A stretch of 22,368 bases of DNA, taken from a bacterium. Lineage in GTDB: Bacteria; Zhuqueibacterota; Zhuqueibacteria; Zhuqueibacterales; Zhuqueibacteraceae. The position numbers and the translations under genes were made by a program. Positions within the stretch are counted from its first letter, which is position 1. The number at the start of each line of letters is the position of its first letter. The DNA lies in NCBI GenBank assembly GCA_044869275.1, contig JBIOXB010000112.1:1-22368 (forward strand). The letters are read 5' to 3'. Below are positions 8,526 through 16,561 of this stretch, piece after piece. The notes beneath the pieces are model-generated. The model was not told the origin of the DNA. It did not search any database and saw nothing but the letters and a program-made list of their open reading frames with translations.

Positions 8526-10186
8526 AAGTTTTCGCTTCGCAACTGAACACCAAAACCGAAGAATACAAAAAACGCCGCAATCATTGTCTGCAATTGTTGA
8601 CCGAGCTGAATCTGCGTGCGAAAACCGTACGCGAGTCCTCGCCCGAGGCCGTGGCCAGGCTGCAAAAACGCGGCAAATATCCAGCGCGCGAAAAGATCAG
8701 GAGAATTTCGGATCCCGATTCCGAGCCGCTGGAAATCGGCCTGTTCGCCGCCTGGGACATGTACCGGGACATCCCTGGCGGCTATCCTGCCGCAGGTACG
8801 ATCGTGCAAATCGGCAAAGTTGCGGGCAAGCTCGCGGTGATCGTGGCCAATGATCCTTTGGTGAAAAGCGGCGCATGGGTGGAAATCACCTGCAAAAAGA
8901 ATCTGCGCGCACAGGAAATCGCCATGGAAAACCGCCTGCCCATCATTTACCTGGTCGATTCCGCCGGCGTGAATCTCGAACGCCAGGCAGAGATCTTTCC
9001 CGATCGCGAGCACTTCGGCAGGATTTTCCGTAACAACGCGAAGATGGCGGCCATGGGCATTCCACAAATCTCCGTGGTGTTCGGATTTTGCGTCGCCGGC
9101 GGCGCGTATTTGCCCGGCATGTCCAGCGAGCTCGCCATGATCACGGCACATTCCAGCATGTACCTGGCCGGCCCGTTTTTGGTCAAAGCAGCGGTCGGGC
9201 AGGAGGTCGTTTCGGAGACACTCGGCGGCGCGACCATGCACAACGCCATCTCCGGCGTGGCGGATTATCGCTTTGACACCGAAGACGAGGCCTTTCAGTT
9301 CATCCGCGATCAAATGGCATTGTTGAATCTGCCGCCCGCGCGACTTTATCAGCCCACGACCAATGAAGAGCCGCAATACGACCCCGACGAGCTGCTGGGC
9401 ATTCTGCCGAACAATGCCGCCGGCACCTATGACGCGCGCGAGATTCTCTGCCGTTTGGTTGACGGCAGCCGCCTGGAGGAATACAAGCCGGAATTCGGCA
9501 AAACACTGGTCACCGCGTTTGCGCGCATCGGCGGTTGCGCCGCCGGCCTGGTGGCCAACGCCGGCATGCCCGTGAAAGCCGAGATGCCGCCGGATCATTT
9601 GGGCCGGCCGCAGCCACCGCAGGTGCAAATGGGCACGGTGATCTATTCCGATTCCGCCAACAAAGCCTCGCATTTCATCATGCTGTGCAACGAACGCCGC
9701 CTCCCATTGATCTTTTTACACGACGTCACCGGCTTCATGGTGGGCAAGCAGGCAGAGCAGGGTGGCATCATTCAAGACGGCGCGCAATTCGTGAACGTCC
9801 AGGCCAACTCGATCGTGCCGAAATTCTCCTTGATTATTCGCAACAGCTTCGGCGCGGGCAATTATGCCATGTGCGGCAAGGCTTACGACCCGCGCTTGAT
9901 TTTCGCCTGGCCTTCGGCTAAATTAGCGGTGATGGACGGCGGCATTGCCGCCGATACGGTATTGTTGACCAAGAAAGAACTTTCCGAAAAAGAGCGCGTG
10001 GAATTCCGCCAAAAGCTGGTGGACAAATATAATGAAGAAGCTTCACCCTATTTCACTTCCGCGCGCATGATGGTTGACGGTATTCTCGATCCCAGGGAAA
10101 CGCGGCGCATGCTCATGACCGGATTGGAAATGGCGGCGCACCATGTGGAAATTGGCGAGTTCAAGACTGGGGTGATGAGGATGTAG
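8522..10186 (+). CDS. Acyl-CoA carboxylase carboxyltransferase (beta) subunit, MCC/LiuB/AtuC-like
   Basis: LRAQEIAMENRLPIIYLVDSAG..L..Q.EIFPD..HFGRIF, CVAGGAYLP, LGGA.MH..ISGV.D, DVTGFMVG..AEQGGII.DGA, GAGNYAMCG.AY.PR. Overlaps recJ by ATGA. Confidence 0.92.
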   Translation: MKVFASQLNTKTEEYKKRRNHCLQLLTELNLRAKTVRESSPEAVARLQKRGKYPAREKIRRISDPDSEPLEIGLFAAWDMYRDIPGGYPAAGTIVQIGKVAGKLAVIVANDPLVKSGAWVEITCKKNLRAQEIAMENRLPIIYLVDSAGVNLERQAEIFPDREHFGRIFRNNAKMAAMGIPQISVVFGFCVAGGAYLPGMSSELAMITAHSSMYLAGPFLVKAAVGQEVVSETLGGATMHNAISGVADYRFDTEDEAFQFIRDQMALLNLPPARLYQPTTNEEPQYDPDELLGILPNNAAGTYDAREILCRLVDGSRLEEYKPEFGKTLVTAFARIGGCAAGLVANAGMPVKAEMPPDHLGRPQPPQVQMGTVIYSDSANKASHFIMLCNERRLPLIFLHDVTGFMVGKQAEQGGIIQDGAQFVNVQANSIVPKFSLIIRNSFGAGNYAMCGKAYDPRLIFAWPSAKLAVMDGGIAADTVLLTKKELSEKERVEFRQKLVDKYNEEASPYFTSARMMVDGILDPRETRRMLMTGLEMAAHHVEIGEFKTGVMRM

Positions 10187-10221
10187 GTAAGGCTAAAGGA
10201 TTTAAAGATATCGAGACCCAA

Positions 10222-11037
10222 ATGGCTAAGGTGTCTGAAAAAAGACCAAAAACCTTTTCCGATTTTGTCAGTTTGGTTGAAAAATTGCGTTTGCAAAAGG
10301 ATAGTCCTTTGTGGTTTCGCGGTTGCGGACGCGCTGACTACAAACTACTTCCAACGCTTTATAGGCATAACACTCCAAAGAACTTAAACGTCCTTGCACG
10401 ACTTGAGAGTCAGCTAATAGTCCGCTTCCGTCAAAGAAGTATTCCCTTTCATAATCGATCTTTAGATGATGATTGGGACACTCTTTTCTTTATGCAGCAT
10501 TACGGTGTTCCAACTCGTTTGCTTGATTGGACTGAGAATCCATTTATTGGATTGTATTTTGCAATTATGTCGTGTCCGTTCAAAGTCACCCTTCATAACC
10601 AAATCAAGTTTAACAGCAATTCGGTAGTGTGGATATTGGATTCAGTCTCTTGGAATCGTTATTCATTAAGCCATCAAAGTTATGATAGTGGAATCCTCAC
10701 TCCTGGAGATGATGCTTTAAAGGGTTATAAACCCACGCCATCATTTTCAGGAATGTATAACCATCCTGTAGCACTCTATGGAGCGCACAATAGTTCTCGT
10801 ATCGTTGCGCAGCGAGGAGTATTTACAATATTTGGACAAAACACAAGGCCGATGGAAGATATATACGAGAAGGAGGGTTTTCCAGATAATTGTTTGATCA
10901 AAGTAATATTGGACAAAATCAATCTTTCCAAGATAAGAAAATCTATACTAAGTCACGGTATCACCGAGTCTGTCGTTTTTCCTGATTTGGAAGGTTTGGC
11001 AAGGGAGATAAGGAGATCGTTTGGTTTCGAGTTTTGA
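10222..11037 (+). CDS. FRG domain protein
   Basis: WFRG.....YKLLPTLYR, MQHYGVPTRLLDWT.NP...LYFA, RI.AQ.G.FTI, GI....VFPDLEG: the characteristic FRG motifs. Confidence 0.93.
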   Translation: MAKVSEKRPKTFSDFVSLVEKLRLQKDSPLWFRGCGRADYKLLPTLYRHNTPKNLNVLARLESQLIVRFRQRSIPFHNRSLDDDWDTLFFMQHYGVPTRLLDWTENPFIGLYFAIMSCPFKVTLHNQIKFNSNSVVWILDSVSWNRYSLSHQSYDSGILTPGDDALKGYKPTPSFSGMYNHPVALYGAHNSSRIVAQRGVFTIFGQNTRPMEDIYEKEGFPDNCLIKVILDKINLSKIRKSILSHGITESVVFPDLEGLAREIRRSFGFEF

Positions 11038-11039
11038 CC

Positions 11040-12111
11040 ATGAGTGAAATTATTAGCAAAGACTTTCGCATCACTCAGCTTGAAGCAAAAACTTTGAGCT
11101 GGTGGCGAACAAGACGTTCCAAAATTGATATGAATCCAAGCTATCAACGCCGTGGACGACTTTGGTCTGAAACAGATAAAGCATATCTTATCGATTCTAT
11201 TCTTAATGGGTATGATATTCCAAAACTTTATATGGCGGACTTCACATGGGGAGATTCGAAATTGAATGTGCAAAAAACTACCATATGCAATAATAGACGG
11301 CAAGCAGAGGTTTGAAGCAATCTTCGATTTCTTCGATGGTATGGTTGTGTTAAATGAAGACTTTGTCTATTTGGAAAAGCCGAGATTGCAACTTGGAGGG
11401 CTGAGTTATCAAGATCTTCAAAAAAATTATCCTGAAATTGCAGAAGAATTTGATAATCATAATCTTCTTGTCATGAGTGTTTATGCGCACGACGAAACAC
11501 CCATTAATGAACTTTTTGTTCGACTGAATCGTAGTAAATCTTTGACCGGTGCAGAAATTAGGAACGCAATGGCCGGTCCTGCACCTGAATTAATCAGACA
11601 AATTGCGCAGCATGAATTTTTCACCACCAATGTGAACTTTAATGTAAAACGAGGGCAAGATTTGAATGCAGCTGCCAAAATTTTGCTATTTGAATTTAAC
11701 AAGAAGTTACATGAAACCAAAAAAAGAAATTTGGATAATTTTGTTAAGGAAATGGAGAAAAAGAAACCAGACGCCTTGGAGTTAGCTGGTAGACATGCTG
11801 TGGATGTACTTAACTATATGTCAGAGATCTTTTTACCGAAAGATAGGTTGCTTTCTTCCGCGGGCATATTGCCAGTTTATTACTGGTTTGCCCGGAATGA
11901 AGGTGTGGATAAATATCATCGAGTTAGAGAATTTTTTGTTCGATTCGAACAAAACCGACGTGAAAACAGGCGATTATTCACCGATGATCCCAAAAGCAAA
12001 AAAATTGACCAAGAGCTGCTCAGCTACGACAAATACAATCGAAGCACGGATGATTTGCAAAGCCATGAACAACGTTACTTGATACTCAAGAAACGTTTTG
12101 CCAAGAGCTGA
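11040..12111 (+). pseudogene. DUF262 (ParB-like/GmrS-type NTPase) protein split by a one-base frameshift
   Basis: ORF1 carries P.YQR...W and LIDSILNGYDIP. ORF2 continues LPYAIIDGKQR, FVRLN....L...EIRNA. The frames join at gtgc-aaaaaa-cta (A6, 11272-11277); removing one base gives a 356-aa ORF. No C-terminal HNH/DUF1524 motif seen. Confidence 0.85.
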
Positions 12112-12218
12112 TTGCGTGAAATTGTAAAGATTTAAAAAGCAAAAATAGAAAAGTATACATTCCGTAACGTATGCGCAGTTGCTGAGCAAAAGAGTTTTCG
12201 TTGAGATCGTTTGAACTC

Positions 12219-12250
12219 CACTCAAACAAGTCAAACAAGTATTTTGAGTG
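12219..12250. promoter_or_regulatory. 8-bp inverted repeat with an overlapping tandem 9-mer, directly upstream of the MNT start
   Basis: CACTCAAA (12219-12226) / TTTGAGTG (12243-12250); TCAAACAAG x2 (12222-12239); ATG at 12253. Confidence 0.45.
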
Positions 12251-12252
12251 AA

Positions 12253-12633
12253 ATGTCAATTGCTAAAAAGACAATCTTCGGTATATCCGAAGCAATAGTA
12301 CAACAACTGGTGGATCGCATTGTAGCAGAATGCAACCCGCACAAAATCATTTTGTTTGGATCCTATGCTTGGGGACAACCTGATGCCGGTAGCGACTTTG
12401 ATCTCTTTGTGATTATGGATTCGCACTTGCGTCGTGATCGGCGTGCCATGATGATCTCTGAGCTTTTCCCGCATCGCCGCTTCGCAATAGATGTAATCGT
12501 CTACACGCCGGCTGAAATCGAAAGAAGTTTGGCGCGAGGCAATCCATTTATTCGAGAAATTTTGGAAAGGGGGAATGTGCTTTATGATCGACAGCATGAG
12601 TTTTCAGGATTGGCTCGACAAAGCCAAGAATGA
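12253..12633 (+). CDS. Minimal nucleotidyltransferase (MNT) domain protein, putative antitoxin
   Basis: IILFGSYAWG.P...SDFDLFVI (GS...DxD), DVIVYTP.E, FI.EIL.RG.VLYD. Confidence 0.92.
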   Translation: MSIAKKTIFGISEAIVQQLVDRIVAECNPHKIILFGSYAWGQPDAGSDFDLFVIMDSHLRRDRRAMMISELFPHRRFAIDVIVYTPAEIERSLARGNPFIREILERGNVLYDRQHEFSGLARQSQE

Positions 12634-12988
12634 TTTGCTTGCAGCTGAAGCGATTCTGGGTTATTACGAGCAACCGCCAATAGAAATTGCCGTCTATCAT
12701 TGCCAACAAGCCGCTGAAAAGAGCTTGAAGGCTTTTACAGTCGCAAGAATTCAACAACGGCAGCGCATACATGACTTAATTGCTTTGCTAGAAGAATGCC
12801 TCGCTCTGGACAGCTCTTTTGACAGCTTGCGTAATCACACAATAAATCTTGATCGATTCTACATTGAATCTCGTTATCCGGTTGATGAACCGATTATATT
12901 TTCTCTCGATGAAGCGCGGGAAGCGCTCACACAAGCGCAAGAAATTTACGACTTTGTCAGCAATAAACTGCTGAACGCTTCAGAATAG
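12584..12988 (+). CDS. HEPN domain protein (MNT-associated), putative toxin
   Basis: W..KA.NDL.AA, YHCQQAAEKSLKA, IHDL..L, L..FYI.SRYP; overlaps the MNT 3' end. Alternative start at 12596. Confidence 0.92.
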   Translation: MIDSMSFQDWLDKAKNDLLAAEAILGYYEQPPIEIAVYHCQQAAEKSLKAFTVARIQQRQRIHDLIALLEECLALDSSFDSLRNHTINLDRFYIESRYPVDEPIIFSLDEAREALTQAQEIYDFVSNKLLNASE

Positions 12989-12996
12989 GCATACGT

Positions 12997-14367
12997 GTGA
13001 ATAACAAAAAATCACCCGTTCTCATCGCCAACGGCCAGGGCTTCTGGGGCGATTCGATTCTCGGGCCGGTGCGCTTAGTGCGCGAAGGGCCGCTGCATTA
13101 TCTCACGCTCGACTATCTCGCCGAAGTCACGATGAGCATTATGCAAAAGCTCTATCAGCGCAATCCGGAAGCGGGCTATGCGACGGACTTCGTTCAAATG
13201 CTCGAGCGCATTCTGCCGGAATGCCATGAGAAGAGCATCAAAATTATCGCCAGTGCGGGCGGCGTGAATAGTGCCGCTTGCATGCGCGCCACCGGCGAGG
13301 TGATCAAAAAGTTGGGGCTGAGAAATATCACCGTAGCCACGGTTACGGGCGACAATATTCTGCCGCGCCTCGGGGAATTGCAGGCGCAAGGCGAGCTCTT
13401 CAAGAACCTCGATGACGGCCGGCCGCTTGCTGAGATCGCTGGAAAAATAGCTGCGGCAAATGCCTACTTGGGCGCCTTCCCCGTGGCCGAGGCATTGCAT
13501 CGCGGCGCGAGCATTGTCATTTGCGGCCGCGTCACCGATCCCTCGCTCGTGCTCGGCCCGATGATTCATGAATTCGGCTGGCAGCCGGAAGATTTCGATC
13601 AACTCGCGGCCGGCACGGTAGCGGGACACATCGTCGAATGCGGCGCGCAATGCACCGGCGCGAATTATAGCAACTGGCACGAGATCGAAGATTTTGCACG
13701 CCTCGGCTATCCCGTAATCGAAGCGTATGAAAGTGGCGAGTTTTTTATCACCAAACATGAAAACACCGGGGGCAAGGTTTCGATTGAAACCGTGGCTTCG
13801 CAATTGGTTTATGAAATGGGCGATCCGCGCAACTACCTCACGCCCGACGTGATCGCCGATTTTACCACCATCCAGCTCGAACCCGCAGGCCAAGATCGCG
13901 TGCGCGTGCATGGCGTCAAAGGCCGGCCAGCCACGAAGTTCTTGAAAGTGAGCTTCAGTTATGAAAACGGCTACAAGGCGAGCGGGCAATTGGTGATTTC
14001 CGGTCCCGAGGCCTTTGCGAAAGCGCAATTATGCGCGGACATCATTTGGCGGCGGTTGGAAAGCGATGGCGTGATTTTTTCGGAAGACGAAAAACTGGTT
14101 GAGTTTCTGGGCAGCGGCGTGTGCCATGCCGGCATCGTTCGGGAAAGCGATCCGCCAGAAGTTGTGTTGCGTGTCGGGGTCAGAAACTCTGACCGAAAAA
14201 AAGTCGATCGCTTTGGCATGGAAATCGTGCCGCTCGTCACCAGCGGGCCGCCGGGCGTGACCGGCTTTGCCGGCGGCCGGCCGAAGGCGGCGGAGATTAT
14301 CAGCTACTGGCCGGCATTGGTGAGCAAAAGCCGCATTCAGCCGCAAGTGGAACTGATGAAGTTTTGA
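12997..14367 (+). CDS. Acyclic terpene utilisation AtuA family protein (DUF1446), N-terminal part
   Basis: IANGQGFWGD, DYLAEVTMSI, AGGVN, NAYLGA.P...AL..GA.IV.CGRVTD, AG.VAGH..ECGAQ.TG.N, QLVYE.GDP..Y.TPDV.ADF, GPPG. GTG start. Confidence 0.92.
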   Translation: MNNKKSPVLIANGQGFWGDSILGPVRLVREGPLHYLTLDYLAEVTMSIMQKLYQRNPEAGYATDFVQMLERILPECHEKSIKIIASAGGVNSAACMRATGEVIKKLGLRNITVATVTGDNILPRLGELQAQGELFKNLDDGRPLAEIAGKIAAANAYLGAFPVAEALHRGASIVICGRVTDPSLVLGPMIHEFGWQPEDFDQLAAGTVAGHIVECGAQCTGANYSNWHEIEDFARLGYPVIEAYESGEFFITKHENTGGKVSIETVASQLVYEMGDPRNYLTPDVIADFTTIQLEPAGQDRVRVHGVKGRPATKFLKVSFSYENGYKASGQLVISGPEAFAKAQLCADIIWRRLESDGVIFSEDEKLVEFLGSGVCHAGIVRESDPPEVVLRVGVRNSDRKKVDRFGMEIVPLVTSGPPGVTGFAGGRPKAAEIISYWPALVSKSRIQPQVELMKF

Positions 14368-14473
14368 GGCAGCGCTTTTGCGCCTCCTGCATGACGTGAC
14401 AAAAATGCGCACAAATCAAATTGACAAGGAATTGCATCTTTTGAATCCGCAACCTGAGGATGAGGCAATCATC

Positions 14474-15991
14474 ATGAAGGAACAAGCCTGGGAAATTTCA
14501 GCAAAACTGCAGGAGCTTTCCGATGCGCTCGATTTTGAGAGTCCAAATCTCGCCATGATCCTGGCCGCCGGACACGGCAAACGCATCAAATCGGAAAAGT
14601 CCAAAATGCTGCACATGATTTGGGGGGTGCCCACGGTGACGCGCGTCGCCAATGCCGCACGCGAGGGCTTGGAAACGGCAAATCAGATTTTGGTCATCGG
14701 CATCAAAGCACTGGACGTGGCCAATGCGTTGAGCAAAGCCGCGCATCGCGCTTTTGTCTTTCAAGAAAATCAAAAGGGCACGGGTGACGCCGTGCGCGTG
14801 GGCTTGCAGCCGCTCTTGAAGGACAATTACGCCGGCGCCGTCTATGTTTTTCCCGGCGACATGGGCCTGCTCGACAGCCGCGCCATTCGCGATTTCCGCC
14901 GTGACTTCGAAACCAATGCCTGTGACATGATGGTGCTCACCGCGGATTATCAAGGCAGGCCGGAAGACAATTATTACGGCCGCATCATTCGCGTCCCGGC
15001 CAAAGATGTCGAGGGCAAGTCCTCGGGCGGCGATTCCGGCAAAGTGATCGAAATCCTCGAGCATCGCGACATCCTCGCGCTCGAGCCCGGCAAATCGCGC
15101 CGCATGCGGTTCAACCGCCGTGAATATGAATTTGCGCGCGAGGAATTACTCGCCATTCCGGAATTCAATACCGGCGTGTATGCGTTCAAATGCAGCCCGC
15201 TGGTGAAATACATCGATACCCTGCAAACCAACAACGCCCAGGGCGAATTGTATGTTACCGATTTGATCGCGATCTTCAATCAAAACGCCCTGGCGGTACG
15301 GGCCTCGCGCGCGAAGGATTACAACACCGTGCTCGGCTTCAACAACAAAAGCGTGTTGAAGGAGATGGAGAAAATCGCGCGCGAGAAGGCCTATGACCGC
15401 CTCAAAGACATCGTCATGATCGATGACAAGGACGATTTCTTCTTGGCCGATGAAGTCATCGAGCAAATCATCGGATTGGATATTGCGCACGCGCCGCTCG
15501 ATATCGTGATTGGTAAGGGCGTGCATCTCGGGTCCAACGTGCGCCTTAACAAGGGGGTCGTCATCAAGAGCCGCGCGGTGTTGGACGGCAACATTCACCT
15601 CGGTGAGAACGTGATGATTCACGAGAACGTGCATCTCAGCACATATCCGCATCAGACCTTGACCATCGGCAAAAACTCGCGCATTTTTCAAGGCGACATC
15701 ATCAAGGGCAATTTGACCATCGGCGAAAACTGCCAGATCGAATCCGGCGTCAACATGACCGGCGGGGATGATTATCCCACGCGCCTCGGCGACAACGTGC
15801 TCATCAAAGGCACGAGTTACATTTTCGGTTGCATCATCGAAGACGACATGTGGGTCGAGCATTCGGTATTAAAATGCAAACACGTCGAGCGCATCGTGCG
15901 CCGTGACGGCAGCGTGCAGCCCGTGCGCTGGGTGCTGCCGTTGCCGGAAGGGCTGGATTCGATTCATGCACTCGACAAGCGCAAGTCGTGA
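14474..15991 (+). CDS. GlmU-like nucleotidyltransferase with a left-handed beta-helix C-terminal domain
   Basis: ILAAG.G.R.KS..SK.LH, Q..QKGTGDAV, PGD, YGRIIR, E.NTG.Y.F, NNAQGE.Y.TD, hexapeptide repeats. Start placed after GAGG (alternative 14405). Canonical acetyltransferase motifs are not evident, so the glmU symbol is withheld. Confidence 0.8.
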   Translation: MKEQAWEISAKLQELSDALDFESPNLAMILAAGHGKRIKSEKSKMLHMIWGVPTVTRVANAAREGLETANQILVIGIKALDVANALSKAAHRAFVFQENQKGTGDAVRVGLQPLLKDNYAGAVYVFPGDMGLLDSRAIRDFRRDFETNACDMMVLTADYQGRPEDNYYGRIIRVPAKDVEGKSSGGDSGKVIEILEHRDILALEPGKSRRMRFNRREYEFAREELLAIPEFNTGVYAFKCSPLVKYIDTLQTNNAQGELYVTDLIAIFNQNALAVRASRAKDYNTVLGFNNKSVLKEMEKIAREKAYDRLKDIVMIDDKDDFFLADEVIEQIIGLDIAHAPLDIVIGKGVHLGSNVRLNKGVVIKSRAVLDGNIHLGENVMIHENVHLSTYPHQTLTIGKNSRIFQGDIIKGNLTIGENCQIESGVNMTGGDDYPTRLGDNVLIKGTSYIFGCIIEDDMWVEHSVLKCKHVERIVRRDGSVQPVRWVLPLPEGLDSIHALDKRKS

Positions 15992-16036
15992 TTCTTCGCG
16001 GCGAACTCCTACGTCCTTTTGCAGTTGAAACCAAAT

Positions 16037-16375
16037 ATGCGCACCCTCAAGCTTTCCCAAATCGCCTATGCGCGCAGCGGTGACAAAGGCGACGCCAGCA
16101 ACGTCGGCATTGTCGCCTACAACCGCGCGGGCTACGAAGTGCTCAAAAGGGCACTCACGCCGGAAAAGGTCAAACAACATTTTCGTGAGATTTGTCGCGG
16201 CCCGGTGGAGCGTTTCGAAGTCGAAAATATACTCGCGCTGAATTTCATTCTACACGACTCCCTCGGCGGCGGCGGCTCTGAGAGCTTGAAATCAGACGCC
16301 CAGGGCAAGGCCCATGGGCTGGGATTGTTGCAGCTGGAGATCGAGGTACCGGAGAAGTTCGTAGCTCGTGAATAG
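16037..16375 (+). CDS. AtuA-related small protein (C-terminal ferredoxin-like domain of AtuA)
   Basis: L..IAYARSGDKGD.SNVG, V.RFE......ALNFILHDSLGGGG..SL..DAQGK. Confidence 0.88.
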   Translation: MRTLKLSQIAYARSGDKGDASNVGIVAYNRAGYEVLKRALTPEKVKQHFREICRGPVERFEVENILALNFILHDSLGGGGSESLKSDAQGKAHGLGLLQLEIEVPEKFVARE

Positions 16376-16528
16376 TGGATCGTTGAACGCAAGACTGGGT
16401 ATAAGCACGGAGCGCTGAAGATTGAAGATAGAAGCTCGAGGATAGACGAAGTTGATGGAGGGATTTGGCGCGAGCCACGGTATTCGATCCACTACCCTCG
16501 ATCCTCAATCCTCGATTCTCAATCTTCG
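16373..16528. repeat. Inverted pair of heptamer tandem arrays (hairpin-forming intergenic element)
   Basis: Left arm tgaagat tgaagat agaagct cgaggat (16416-16443). Right arm atccact accctcg atcctca atcctcg attctca atcttcg (16487-16528). Perfect 10-bp IR TAGTGGATCG (16373-16382) / CGATCCACTA (16485-16494). Confidence 0.75.
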
Positions 16529-16561
16529 ACTATCGCGTCTCACCGTGTTGAAGGAAAAGAC

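Larger units (their letters stand above)
10194..12136. mobile_element. Putative horizontally acquired AT-rich two-gene cassette (FRG + DUF262) bounded by an imperfect direct repeat
   Basis: Sharp compositional drop (spot counts: 23/60 GC at 10561-10620 vs 41/60 at 9541-9600). TAAAGGATTTAAA at 10194-10206 and TAAAGATTTAAA at 12125-12136. No mobility gene present. Confidence 0.5.

Noticed and set aside
8498..9673. 391-aa minus-strand ORF
   Set aside because: Antisense shadow of the well-supported carboxyltransferase in GC-rich DNA; no recognisable motifs.
11266..12111. Treating the 281-aa ORF as an independent intact gene
   Set aside because: It begins mid-domain, just before DGKQR; the QR motif lies in the upstream frame, so it is half of a frameshifted gene.
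13075..14028. 317-aa minus-strand ORF (and similar ones at 15146-15862, 17777-18655 and 19116-19736)
   Set aside because: Shadows of strongly supported + strand genes, expected from codon bias.
16373..16528. Possible CRISPR array among the intergenic repeats
   Set aside because: Units are 7-9 bp and contiguous, with no 25-40 bp repeats separated by unique spacers and no cas genes.
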